From assembly GCA_038125145.1 (NCBI GenBank), contig JAYPDK010000004.1, positions 5,505 to 52,882 of the forward strand: a stretch of 47,378 nt of DNA. The letters are read 5' to 3'. The DNA comes from Candidatus Poseidoniaceae archaeon. Lineage in GTDB: Archaea; Thermoplasmatota; Poseidoniia; Poseidoniales; Poseidoniaceae. Shown one piece after another: positions 8,585-17,178 of the stretch (the first letter of the stretch is position 1; every line of letters starts with the position of its first letter). A model generated the notes under the pieces. The model worked only from the letters and a program-made list of their open reading frames with translations. It was not told where the DNA came from and did not search any database. The translations under genes were made by a program, and so were the position numbers.

Positions 8585-10753
8585 ATGACGTCGTCGTCTT
8601 CGCTCACGGTTGCGAAATTGAAGGCCCTGTGCGTCCTTCATGACCTTCCGACCTCCGGCAAGAAGGCCGACCTCGTGGAGCGACTGCTTGAGGCGGGGAT
8701 CGACGCCACCACCCTTGGCTTGGAGGTGAATCCTTCAGAGGAAGCGGACGACGAGGAGGTGACCATCTCCCTGGAAACCAACGCTCCAGAACCTGCCTCC
8801 CAGCCTTCAGAGGTCCCGGAAGCAAAGGACACCGTCCCCCTGCCAGTGGCAGCCTCCACCCAACCTGCCGACAGCGAAGAGGTGCTTGAGGCCGAGGTCC
8901 TTGAGGCAGAGATCCTCGAGGGCGATGTGGAAGCGGCACCCGGCGAGGCCGCCGTGGAGGTTCCGGACGTCCCTTCGCCTGCCGTACCTCTTCCGAAGAG
9001 CGCCCCCCGGTCCCCCGCAACCATCAGGGACATGACGGCCTCGCCGCGGGTCGCCGTCGGGCTCGTGCTGGTCCTCCTGGTCGCGGGGGCGGGTTGGTAC
9101 TGGTTCGGCCAGCAGGTGGAGCCGGTCACCGTCGATACCTTGCGGTACGGCGACGGCATGGACTTTCTGCTCCTCGATGGTCACCTGGTCGCGACCGATG
9201 GCTTCGTCGAACCTGTGGTGGAGCAACTCGGCATCGACGATGACATCTGTCGGCTGGAACTCGATTTTGGTGGCGATGGGCGCGTCGAAGTGAACGAAGG
9301 CGGCCTGCTGGACATCCCTTCTCAAGGCAGCGACACCGAACTGCTCGGCAGCGTGACCGTCCGTGGAGCGCACGGTGCGGAATGGCTGGCGGTCGAAAAA
9401 ACGGCCACCTACGACCTTGAGGACCTGACCGTTCGTCGCCACCTCCCGAGCCTCGTACCGGGTTCGACCGGTTGTTCCAGCAGTTCGGCGGCGGCCACGG
9501 GCTCGGCCACCCTCGACCTCAGGTCGTGGACCGAATTGAGCGACCGAGCCGTCCTTCGAACCGAAGCGGACTGGACCCTCGATTTGGAAGGCTATGTCGG
9601 CGGCACGACCACAACCTACGGCGTTGGGGGCCTTCTCGGCGCGTTCGAGGTGTTCGCTCCCGGCCTTTCCATGCTCATGCAACCGGTTGAACTGCAGGAC
9701 CTTGTCGGCAGCACGCCAATCGAAACGAACGCGCAAGGCTCGGGCCTCGGATGGGACTGGGCCGTGGTGAACGCCGAAGATTTCGGGGGCCAACGAATGT
9801 GGCGCATCGTTGCTGTGCAGCCAGACCTTGCGACATATTGCCTTGGCAGCGCCACCCTCACGATGTGGGTGGAGGCCGACAACCCGTGGGCGAGCAAGCA
9901 AGAGGTGGACGTGCGCTTGAGCGGCGCCGATCAAGACCGCAGCGGCTGCTCGACCCTTTCTCAGCAACTTGGTGACGCTGTGCTCCCAGAGGGCGAATTC
10001 CGACTGTCGCACACCTTCGAGCGACTCAACGTGGAACGTGGCTCGGACCGTTTGGATCTGGGCGCCACCTACCTTGGCCGTCCGCGGCCGAACGAACTTG
10101 GTCCCGAAGCAGACGAGCTGACCGCGTGGACGCGAACGCAATCCCACGTGCCCGATGGCTCAAGCATGGCGACGAGCACCCTTGAATCCGCCATGGCTTG
10201 CCTGTCGGACGTCGGCTCTCAGGCTGCAGGTGCAAACGGGGCACTGGACGACCGGGACGGCTACGTGTGGCGTTCAACAGGCGAGCATGGTGCCGAATCC
10301 GATGCGTGGAACATCTCGTGGATCGGCAACGACGACGCGCACGGTTGGGTCCTGCTGGAGGTGGGGCATGGCGAGAATGCCTCGTGCACCTTTGTGGACA
10401 AGGGGGCGCTCGACCTTGGGTTGAGCTGGAACCGAGACGGCGCCCCTTCGGTGCTTTCCCTGAGCGAGGTTGAAGCGGTGCTTGGAGAGGCCGCTCGATT
10501 CCCTGAATTGTCGCGCCTGTTCGACGGCGACGGTGGCTACAATGAGGGGGTACGTCGAGGCGTGCTGGTCGCCGTTCCCGACGACGGGTGGACTGGCTTG
10601 TTGAGTGAGTTTGCAGGGGATGGAGCAGGAGCGACAACCTACGACCTCGTTCGGACATGGGAGGAGAGCGGATTGGAACGCTCGCTCAGCGTTGCCGTCG
10701 ACGCCACGAGCGGCCGCCTGTTGGCGACGTCGTACGTCGAGCGCCCCGCGTGA
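8585..10753 (+). CDS. Membrane-anchored protein: N-terminal SAP domain, acidic/Pro linker, one TM, about 545-aa Cys-containing external domain
   Basis: SAP signature LTVAKLKALCVLHDLPTSGKKADLVERL; TM VAVGLVLVLLVAGAGWYWF; SD GGAGGTG before ATG 8585. Confidence 0.85.
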   Translation: MTSSSSLTVAKLKALCVLHDLPTSGKKADLVERLLEAGIDATTLGLEVNPSEEADDEEVTISLETNAPEPASQPSEVPEAKDTVPLPVAASTQPADSEEVLEAEVLEAEILEGDVEAAPGEAAVEVPDVPSPAVPLPKSAPRSPATIRDMTASPRVAVGLVLVLLVAGAGWYWFGQQVEPVTVDTLRYGDGMDFLLLDGHLVATDGFVEPVVEQLGIDDDICRLELDFGGDGRVEVNEGGLLDIPSQGSDTELLGSVTVRGAHGAEWLAVEKTATYDLEDLTVRRHLPSLVPGSTGCSSSSAAATGSATLDLRSWTELSDRAVLRTEADWTLDLEGYVGGTTTTYGVGGLLGAFEVFAPGLSMLMQPVELQDLVGSTPIETNAQGSGLGWDWAVVNAEDFGGQRMWRIVAVQPDLATYCLGSATLTMWVEADNPWASKQEVDVRLSGADQDRSGCSTLSQQLGDAVLPEGEFRLSHTFERLNVERGSDRLDLGATYLGRPRPNELGPEADELTAWTRTQSHVPDGSSMATSTLESAMACLSDVGSQAAGANGALDDRDGYVWRSTGEHGAESDAWNISWIGNDDAHGWVLLEVGHGENASCTFVDKGALDLGLSWNRDGAPSVLSLSEVEAVLGEAARFPELSRLFDGDGGYNEGVRRGVLVAVPDDGWTGLLSEFAGDGAGATTYDLVRTWEESGLERSLSVAVDATSGRLLATSYVERPA

Positions 10754-10832
10754 ACGCAGACCTCGGCAGGCGTGCCTTTCACGCCCCGGCCCGCCGTCAC
10801 CTCCAAAGCCTCCAGAGGACGCATCGTCCCTG

Positions 10833-11762
10833 ATGGGTGAGCGTGAGCGGTCCCTCGCCGTGGCCGAAGCCGAGTTTGAGGAGGTGCCCATCGCTCCTCG
10901 CGGTCTCGGCCTCAACGACGGTCAACCGGGTACAGCGAAGCCACGTGCGCCGCTCGCCCTTCCACCGATGGCTCCGTTGACCCTTGGACGGGCACGCGTC
11001 GTCGCGGTGATGAACCAGAAAGGGGGGGTCGGGAAAACCACCACCGTGATCAATTTGGCCGCTGCGTTGGCACAGGCGGGCTCCAGGGTGCTGATCGTCG
11101 ACCTCGATGCCCAAGGCAACTGCGCGACGGGGCTTGGCATTCGCAAGGCTGACGTGGAGCGCAGCACGCGTGACCTGCTGCTCCAACCCGAGGCGGCTGG
11201 TGCCTGCAGGTACGCCACGTCCATTGAGAACCTGCACCTCGTGGTCGGCGACCGACGTCTGGTTGGCATCGAGGACGTGCTCGTGTCTGAACTCGGACGC
11301 GAGTCACGGCTTGCAGAGGGCCTGCAGCCCTTGCTGCCACACTACGATCTCGTGCTCATCGACACGCCGCCGAACCTAGGCTTGCTGGCGGTGAACGCGA
11401 TGTGCGCGGCCGACGGCGTCGTGATCCCCGTGCAAACGGAGTACTTCGCCCTCGAAGGCATCGCGATGCTGTTGCGCACCGTCGAACAGGTCCGCTTGCG
11501 CCTGAATCCTCGGCTTGGGGTGGATGGCGTGCTGATGACGATGCACGCGCCCACGTTGCTGAACAACCAGATCGCAGGGCAACTCCGGGAGCACCTTGGC
11601 AACGCTGTGGTGGAACCGCCCATCCGTCGCAACATTCGCCTCGCTGAAGCCACGAGCGAAGGGGAACCAATCCACGTGCACGCGCCTCGCTCCAACGGAG
11701 GGCAAGACCACCTGAGGATCGCGCAAGCCCTTGGGCGTCGATGGGGACTTTCGAAGGGGTGA
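10833..11762 (+). CDS. parA: ParA/Soj-family ATPase (ParA-1) with an N-terminal extension of about 55 aa
   Basis: Deviant Walker A NQKGGVGKTTT, DLDAQGN, IDTPPNLG, IPVQTEYFALEG and IRRNIRLAEA. Start set at ATG 10833. Confidence 0.92.
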   Translation: MGERERSLAVAEAEFEEVPIAPRGLGLNDGQPGTAKPRAPLALPPMAPLTLGRARVVAVMNQKGGVGKTTTVINLAAALAQAGSRVLIVDLDAQGNCATGLGIRKADVERSTRDLLLQPEAAGACRYATSIENLHLVVGDRRLVGIEDVLVSELGRESRLAEGLQPLLPHYDLVLIDTPPNLGLLAVNAMCAADGVVIPVQTEYFALEGIAMLLRTVEQVRLRLNPRLGVDGVLMTMHAPTLLNNQIAGQLREHLGNAVVEPPIRRNIRLAEATSEGEPIHVHAPRSNGGQDHLRIAQALGRRWGLSKG

Positions 11763-11766
11763 ACGG

Positions 11767-12162
11767 ATGTCTGGATCCACTGGAGGGCGTGGCCTCGACC
11801 ACTTGATGGAACAGAACGCCACGGAGCTTGGCTTCCTCGATGCGTACGGTCCACGCGATGAGGAACCTGCGCAGGTGCTGGAAGAAATAGCACGTCGTTT
11901 GAAGCGCCTCAACGCCACGGTGGAGGCGTCAGAGGTCGCTGCGGGCGGCCTTCGCATCGTCGCCGAACCAGACGGCTGCCACGTGTCGTGGTCCGGAGCG
12001 ACGCTGCCGCTCGTGCCTTCCGACCTCGTCCAGCCAGGGATGCGGGAAGGCCGATTGAGTGAGGCACGTGATGCAGCACACCTCGTGGTGTACGGTTGGA
12101 CACACGAGGTACGTCGGTTCTTTGAGCGTGCGGCGGAGCACGAAGGCTCAGGTCTGGCGTGA
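11767..12162 (+). CDS. Small ParA-associated protein with a ParB-like N-terminal peptide (GGRGLDHL)
   Basis: Starts 4 nt after the parA stop; 131 aa. No GxRR CTPase motif or HTH was recognised. Confidence 0.72.
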   Translation: MSGSTGGRGLDHLMEQNATELGFLDAYGPRDEEPAQVLEEIARRLKRLNATVEASEVAAGGLRIVAEPDGCHVSWSGATLPLVPSDLVQPGMREGRLSEARDAAHLVVYGWTHEVRRFFERAAEHEGSGLA

Positions 12163-12720
12163 GCCCATTCGCACCGCGACGGCGGCACCCATCAAGGCGC
12201 CCACCGTGAGCACAACGCCCGGGCCGGGGGCATCTTCCTCGTCTTCGGCACATCCTTCTCCATCGACGTCGGGTCCTCCCCAAGCGGTGCCATCGAACCA
12301 GCACGAAGACCAGACCTTGTACCAATCCGCATCGGGGAAATCCTCTGTGCTGCCGTCCTCCCACGTGATGCGGGCGCGCCAGTTCACGTACGTGTGGTCG
12401 TCCTGTGGCGTGAGGCCGATCGTGTACGTGGAGCCGTCCTCGGAGACCGTTGCTGTCTGCGTGACAGGAGGGTCACAGACGCCGTCGTTGGTGCAAATTT
12501 GTGTGGTGAGCGACAAGGTCGAACCGTTGGCCACGACGTCGTCGTCCAGCACCAATGTCAGGCTCCAGGGCGATCCGGAGACCGAGGGTGACGTTGCATC
12601 GTGGGCTGCGAATGGCGTGGCGTCGAGGTCGGGGCCGACGTCACTGCCCCCCGTTCCTCCTGCGGAGGCCGTGCTCAAAAGCACGACAAGGAGCAGGCCA
12701 AGCCACGTGCGGTTCACCAT
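12148..12720 (-). CDS. Secreted protein with a PGF-CTERM-like C-terminal sorting signal
   Basis: Signal peptide MVNRTWLGLLLVVLLSTASA, four Cys, and the C-terminus EEDAPGPGVVLTVGALMGAAVAVR (PG motif, TM, basic residue). Confidence 0.75.
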   Translation of the reverse strand: MVNRTWLGLLLVVLLSTASAGGTGGSDVGPDLDATPFAAHDATSPSVSGSPWSLTLVLDDDVVANGSTLSLTTQICTNDGVCDPPVTQTATVSEDGSTYTIGLTPQDDHTYVNWRARITWEDGSTEDFPDADWYKVWSSCWFDGTAWGGPDVDGEGCAEDEEDAPGPGVVLTVGALMGAAVAVRMGSRQT

Positions 12721-12761
12721 GGCGGACCCTCGCATCGGTCAGGAATGAAGGTGTTGATGCA

Positions 12762-13268
12762 TCATTCCATGTCCCACAACTCATCGCCGACCCAGTGAAC
12801 GGTCTTCACCGCCTTCCCCGAGGTGGCGCTGGGCATCAGCCCGCCGTCCATCGTGGCCCAACCAAGCGCCAGCGGACGGTGGTGCGTTTCGTCACGAACC
12901 CAGACCAGGTCTCCTTCCTTGACCTCGGGGTCGGCGTCGCTGACCCCCGCCACCATGCAATCGGCTCCGTTCATGAGGAAACTGATGGCACCGTGGTCCA
13001 CGGAGACCCATCGCTTGGCCTCTGGATGTTCAATGAGTCCTCGAAGGGTCAAGGCCGCGATGGCTTCCTCCTCGGGGTTGGCGATTCGGACGGCCTTCGG
13101 AGTCTTGTCCACAAAAACGAGGTCCCACGGCCCATACTCGGCCTGTTCTAGGAAGGCTCCGTCAACGTTCAGGTCGATGCCCAGCACCCGCTCCAAGTCC
13201 TTCAGGAGGGGAGCGATGGCCTTCCGACGAACGGGCCGGCGTTTTCGGATGCTCCAGTCCTTCACCAT
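12762..13268 (-). CDS. PUA-domain RNA-binding protein (DUF1947 + PUA, MCTS1-like)
   Basis: LTLRGL, VSVDHGAISFLMNGADCMVAGV, GDLVWVRDETHHRPLALG and GKAVKTVHWVGDELW. Confidence 0.9.
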   Translation of the reverse strand: MVKDWSIRKRRPVRRKAIAPLLKDLERVLGIDLNVDGAFLEQAEYGPWDLVFVDKTPKAVRIANPEEEAIAALTLRGLIEHPEAKRWVSVDHGAISFLMNGADCMVAGVSDADPEVKEGDLVWVRDETHHRPLALGWATMDGGLMPSATSGKAVKTVHWVGDELWDME

Positions 13269-13341
13269 GTTCCACGCTCCATGCCCTCCCCCTTGACGCT
13301 TGCGCGGGAGGGTCCAAGACCGGACGACGTCTGCGTCGTCC

Positions 13342-13935
13342 ATGACGCTCTGGTGTGCCATTCGAACCTTCGCAGCCCACGCCGACGAACTGGGCAACCC
13401 TCGGCCAACCGCGCCGATCGTCTTCCTCAAACCGGACGCAAGCCTGATCGAAGGGCCCATCGACCTGAGCGGGCACGACGGCGAAGTGCATCACGAAGTC
13501 GAGTTGGTGCTTCGACTCGACGCGACGTTGCAGGTCTCGCACATCGCCGTCGGCCTTGACCTCACGGACCGAGCAGCACAGGCAGCAGCACGCCCAGAAG
13601 GGCTGCCGTGGGCACGCGGGAAGGCCTTCCGAGGGGCGGCACGCGTGGGGCCTTGGGTCCAGTGGAACAAGGGCGTCGAGGGGCTTCTCGACCTCTCCCT
13701 TGAATTGCGCGTGGACGATGAAGTACGTCAATCAGCGGCCCTGCGAAGCATGAGCATCACTCCGAGCGCCTTGCTCGACGACCTCCGGCGCTGGGCGCCC
13801 TTGGCCGAAGGCGACCTGCTGTTCACGGGCACGCCTTCGGGTGTTGGTCGCCTTCATCCTGGTGAACGTGTGGTGGCCGACCTTCTTTCGTCAAATGGCG
13901 TCCTCGTGTCGCAGATTGACCTGATGTGTTGCTGA
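13342..13935 (+). CDS. Fumarylacetoacetate hydrolase family protein (FAHD/YcgM-like)
   Basis: PIVFLKP, HHEVEL, VGLDLTDR, GLPWARGKAF and GDLLFTGTPSGVG. Confidence 0.92.
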   Translation: MTLWCAIRTFAAHADELGNPRPTAPIVFLKPDASLIEGPIDLSGHDGEVHHEVELVLRLDATLQVSHIAVGLDLTDRAAQAAARPEGLPWARGKAFRGAARVGPWVQWNKGVEGLLDLSLELRVDDEVRQSAALRSMSITPSALLDDLRRWAPLAEGDLLFTGTPSGVGRLHPGERVVADLLSSNGVLVSQIDLMCC

Positions 13936-13989
13936 GGGTGGCTTTCATATACGCCGTGCAAGTCGCCGAGGCTACGAGGTGAGCAATCC

Positions 13990-14370
13990 ATGGCACAATG
14001 GCACGGCATCTCTCGACGCAAGACGAGCGGCGGACGACGGGTTCAGGCCCGTGGAAAGCGCAAGACGGAAATCTCGAGCGAGAAGCAGTTCGCCCTCGTT
14101 GGTGAACCCAAGCGCAAGATCTACCGCAAGGCCGGTGGGAACACGATGGTCCGCGTGATGGCGGAGAACCGTGTGGCCGTCGCCGACCCTGCCAAGGGCA
14201 AGACGACGATGGGCACCATCCTCAGCGTGGTCGAGAACGAATCCGACCCGAACTACGTCCGTCGGAACATCCTCGTCAAGGGGGCCATCATCGACACCGA
14301 CAAGGGCCGTGTTCGCATCACGTCCCGTCCGGGCAAGGACGGGGTCATCAACGGCGTCCTGGTCGAGTGA
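13990..14370 (+). CDS. rps8e: 30S ribosomal protein S8e (eS8)
   Basis: SRRKTSGGR, GGNTMVR, NYVRRNILVKGAII and ITSRPGKDGVING; SD GAGGTGA. Confidence 0.97.
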   Translation: MAQWHGISRRKTSGGRRVQARGKRKTEISSEKQFALVGEPKRKIYRKAGGNTMVRVMAENRVAVADPAKGKTTMGTILSVVENESDPNYVRRNILVKGAIIDTDKGRVRITSRPGKDGVINGVLVE

Positions 14371-14410
14371 ACACCGGCGCGGCCGGACCACACGACGGGA
14401 TGCTGGACAC

Positions 14411-14839
14411 ATGGACCACGACCCAGACCGGTTGGTGCTGTGGCCCTCGTACTTCGACGCACGGCGTTCCCGTCGCTCTGGACGGCGGGTGGCCAAGGAT
14501 GCCTCCGTCAAGAAACCAGATTTGGATGGCCTGTACGCCGCAGCACGCGCCGTTGGGCTGAGAAAAATCAAGCGCGAAGCGAACGTTTCGCGACCGTTGG
14601 CTCCTCACGCGAAGGAAGGGCGCCTCATCGTGAGCAGGGCAGGAGCCCTTGAAGACGCAGGCTCCTCGTCCAAGGAGGAAATCATGCAGATGATTGGCGG
14701 AACGTGGCGCGAGCAGCGTCGCACTGCACACGAGGCCGAGGCGAAGCAGCAGGCTTCGAAGCAGCACCAACGGTCTTCCACCAAGGGTGGCTCTACGAGC
14801 AAGGGTCGTTCCTTCAAGCGGCGTGGATTCAAGCGATGA
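14411..14839 (+). CDS. srp19: Signal recognition particle protein SRP19
   Basis: VLWPSYFDARRSRRSGRRVAK...VKKP, EGRLIV and a basic C-terminal tail; it follows rps8e. Confidence 0.9.
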   Translation: MDHDPDRLVLWPSYFDARRSRRSGRRVAKDASVKKPDLDGLYAAARAVGLRKIKREANVSRPLAPHAKEGRLIVSRAGALEDAGSSSKEEIMQMIGGTWREQRRTAHEAEAKQQASKQHQRSSTKGGSTSKGRSFKRRGFKR

Positions 14840-14906
14840 CAACGAGCCATCAATGCCGCGCTGCAGATGGGAACCGCTTAGTAGCCGGTGTGGCCCCCCA
14901 CACTTC

Positions 14907-16052
14907 ATGGAGCAGGTGTCGCGGCAGGTCAACGTGGTGAATTCCCTCTTTCTGCTGCTGACGCCGATCGCGGCGGTCGCAGGGATTTGGTGGCACGCTA
15001 CGACCATGGGGGTCACGCTGCTTGAGCCCGTGTTGTTCGTGATCTGGTACCTTGCCTGCGGCCTCTCCATCACCGTGGGGTACCACCGACTGTTCAGCCA
15101 CCGCAGCCACGAAGCCTCCTGGCCCCTGCGGCTGTTTTACGCGCTTTTTGGCGCGGGTGCCTTCGAAAACAGCGCGCTCAACTGGTGCGCCGACCATCGC
15201 ATTCACCACCGCCACACGGACAACGAGGAGGACCCCTACTCCGCGACCCGTGGCTTCTGGTGGAGCCACATCCTCTGGGTGATGATCGACGAGGGTGGGC
15301 CGCGTTCGCACGACCTCTCGCAGGTGAAGGACCTCCAGGCCGACCCAATCCTCGCATGGCAGCACCGCTGGTACGTGCTCATCGCCGTGGGTGTTGGCAT
15401 GGGCCTGCCAGCCCTCGTCGGTTACGCCTTCGGCGGTGTTCCTGGCGCGGTCGGTGGCTTTGTGTGGGCTGGTCTTGCTCGAACCGTCTTCACCCATCAT
15501 GGGACCTTTTTGATCAACTCGGCCGCCCACATTTGGGGCACGCAGCCGTACGGCGACGCCAACAGCAGCCGCGACTCCCCGGCCTTGGCCTTCTTGACCT
15601 TCGGCGAAGGCTACCACAACTTCCATCACACGTTCCAAGCCGATTACCGCAACGGCCACCGATGGTTCCACTTCGACCCGTCGAAGTGGTGGATTCAGTT
15701 CTTCGCTTTGGTGCGGCTGAAGCGCGGCTTGAAGTCCACACCCGACTGGCACATCGAAGACAAGCGGCGCAACCACACGTTCGAATCCGCCCTCGCCCCC
15801 GTCGTGGAACGTGAGCCCGGGGCCATCGACGCCCTTCGGGCCCGGATGGACGACGCCCGCACCATGTTCAAAACCCGCAGCCGTGACCTCGATCGCCTGA
15901 TGGCGGAACGGAAGGAGGCCCGCAGGGCAAAGCACGCCGCGCGCAAGCAGGAACTCGAGTCCGCCATCGCCGCCTTGAAGCAGGATATCGCAGCCATCCG
16001 GAGCGAATTCACGGCCATCTTGGCCGACGTACCACGGGCGAGCAGCGCTTGA
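14907..16052 (+). CDS. Membrane-bound delta-9 type fatty acid (acyl-CoA/acyl-lipid) desaturase with a C-terminal coiled coil
   Basis: Three His boxes (GYHRLFSH, DHRIHHRHTD, GEGYHNFHH), plus INSAAH and DYRNG..WFHFDPSKW. Confidence 0.93.
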   Translation: MEQVSRQVNVVNSLFLLLTPIAAVAGIWWHATTMGVTLLEPVLFVIWYLACGLSITVGYHRLFSHRSHEASWPLRLFYALFGAGAFENSALNWCADHRIHHRHTDNEEDPYSATRGFWWSHILWVMIDEGGPRSHDLSQVKDLQADPILAWQHRWYVLIAVGVGMGLPALVGYAFGGVPGAVGGFVWAGLARTVFTHHGTFLINSAAHIWGTQPYGDANSSRDSPALAFLTFGEGYHNFHHTFQADYRNGHRWFHFDPSKWWIQFFALVRLKRGLKSTPDWHIEDKRRNHTFESALAPVVEREPGAIDALRARMDDARTMFKTRSRDLDRLMAERKEARRAKHAARKQELESAIAALKQDIAAIRSEFTAILADVPRASSA

Positions 16053-17075
16053 TCAGCGAAGCGAAGGCACCTCGTGCAACCAACCAAAGGCGTCAGGCGC
16101 CCGTTCGGCCTGAATGGCGGTCAAGGCGTCGTAGAGTTCGAGGGTGACCGGGCCCGGATGGCCGTTGCCGAAGACGTGCCGCGTGTCCATGTGGGTGATG
16201 GAGCCAATCGGTGAAATCACGGCGGCCGTGCCGCAGCAAAACGCTTCTTCGGCGTCCAACGCCGCCTCGACGGCCACCCTTTCTTCCCGCACTTCGTACC
16301 CTCGGCTCCGAGCGAGCTCAATCACGGAAGCACGGGTGATTCCTGGGAGGATCGTTCCTGTGAGGGAGGGGGTCGAGAGCACACCGTCCTTCACGCAGAA
16401 AAAGTTCGCAGCGCCGACTTCCTCGATGCACGAATGGGTCTGCGCATCAAGGTAGATGACCTCAGCAAAGCCCTCGGCCTTCGCGGCCTTGGACGGGAGC
16501 ATGCCAGGAGCGTAGTTTCCAATGGCTTTGACACCCCCCGAACCGCCCGGAGCCGCACGGTGGTGTTCCTCGGAAATCAACAGGTCGATCGCTGTCATAC
16601 CCCCTTTGAAGTAGGGTCCAACAGGGGTGCAGTAGACCATGAACGTGAACGAAGGCGCCGGGGCGACGCCGAGGATCGGGCCTGAACCGAACAAAATCGG
16701 TCGGACGTACATCGCGCCCTTGCCGACCGGTGGCACCCAGTCCCTGTTCGCGTCGACAACCTGTTCCACGGCGTCGAGGAACACCGACTCTGGAACAGGG
16801 GGCATCTTCAATCGGTCCGCTCCGGCTTGCATGCGCCGGGCGTTCTCCTCGGGTCGGAAGAACACCAGTCGACCTTCGACCGTTCTGTAGGCCTTCATGC
16901 CTTCAAACAGCCCTTGGCCGTAGTTGAGCACGCCCGCCGCCGGGGAGATGCTGAAATCGCCGTACGGCTGAAGTGTCCCGGGCATCCACGCGTCGTCGCC
17001 GGACACTTCGGTGACGTACATCCAATCCGTGGGCGTGAGCGAGAAACTGAGGGCGTCCCAATCAATGTCCTTCAT
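16053..17075 (-). CDS. ilvE: Branched-chain amino acid aminotransferase
   Basis: LNYGQGLFEGMKAY, YVRP, GGVKAIGNY (PLP Lys), EEVGAAN, ILPGITR and GTAAVISPIG. Confidence 0.95.
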   Translation of the reverse strand: MKDIDWDALSFSLTPTDWMYVTEVSGDDAWMPGTLQPYGDFSISPAAGVLNYGQGLFEGMKAYRTVEGRLVFFRPEENARRMQAGADRLKMPPVPESVFLDAVEQVVDANRDWVPPVGKGAMYVRPILFGSGPILGVAPAPSFTFMVYCTPVGPYFKGGMTAIDLLISEEHHRAAPGGSGGVKAIGNYAPGMLPSKAAKAEGFAEVIYLDAQTHSCIEEVGAANFFCVKDGVLSTPSLTGTILPGITRASVIELARSRGYEVREERVAVEAALDAEEAFCCGTAAVISPIGSITHMDTRHVFGNGHPGPVTLELYDALTAIQAERAPDAFGWLHEVPSLR

Positions 17076-17178
17076 GTCCTCACCTCCAATGCGGTACCTG
17101 AGCCACCCTCCGGCGGGGTATCAAGACTTTGCGTGCCTCCTGCGAAGCCCTGAAGGGGCGCGATGCGGACCCGGTGGC

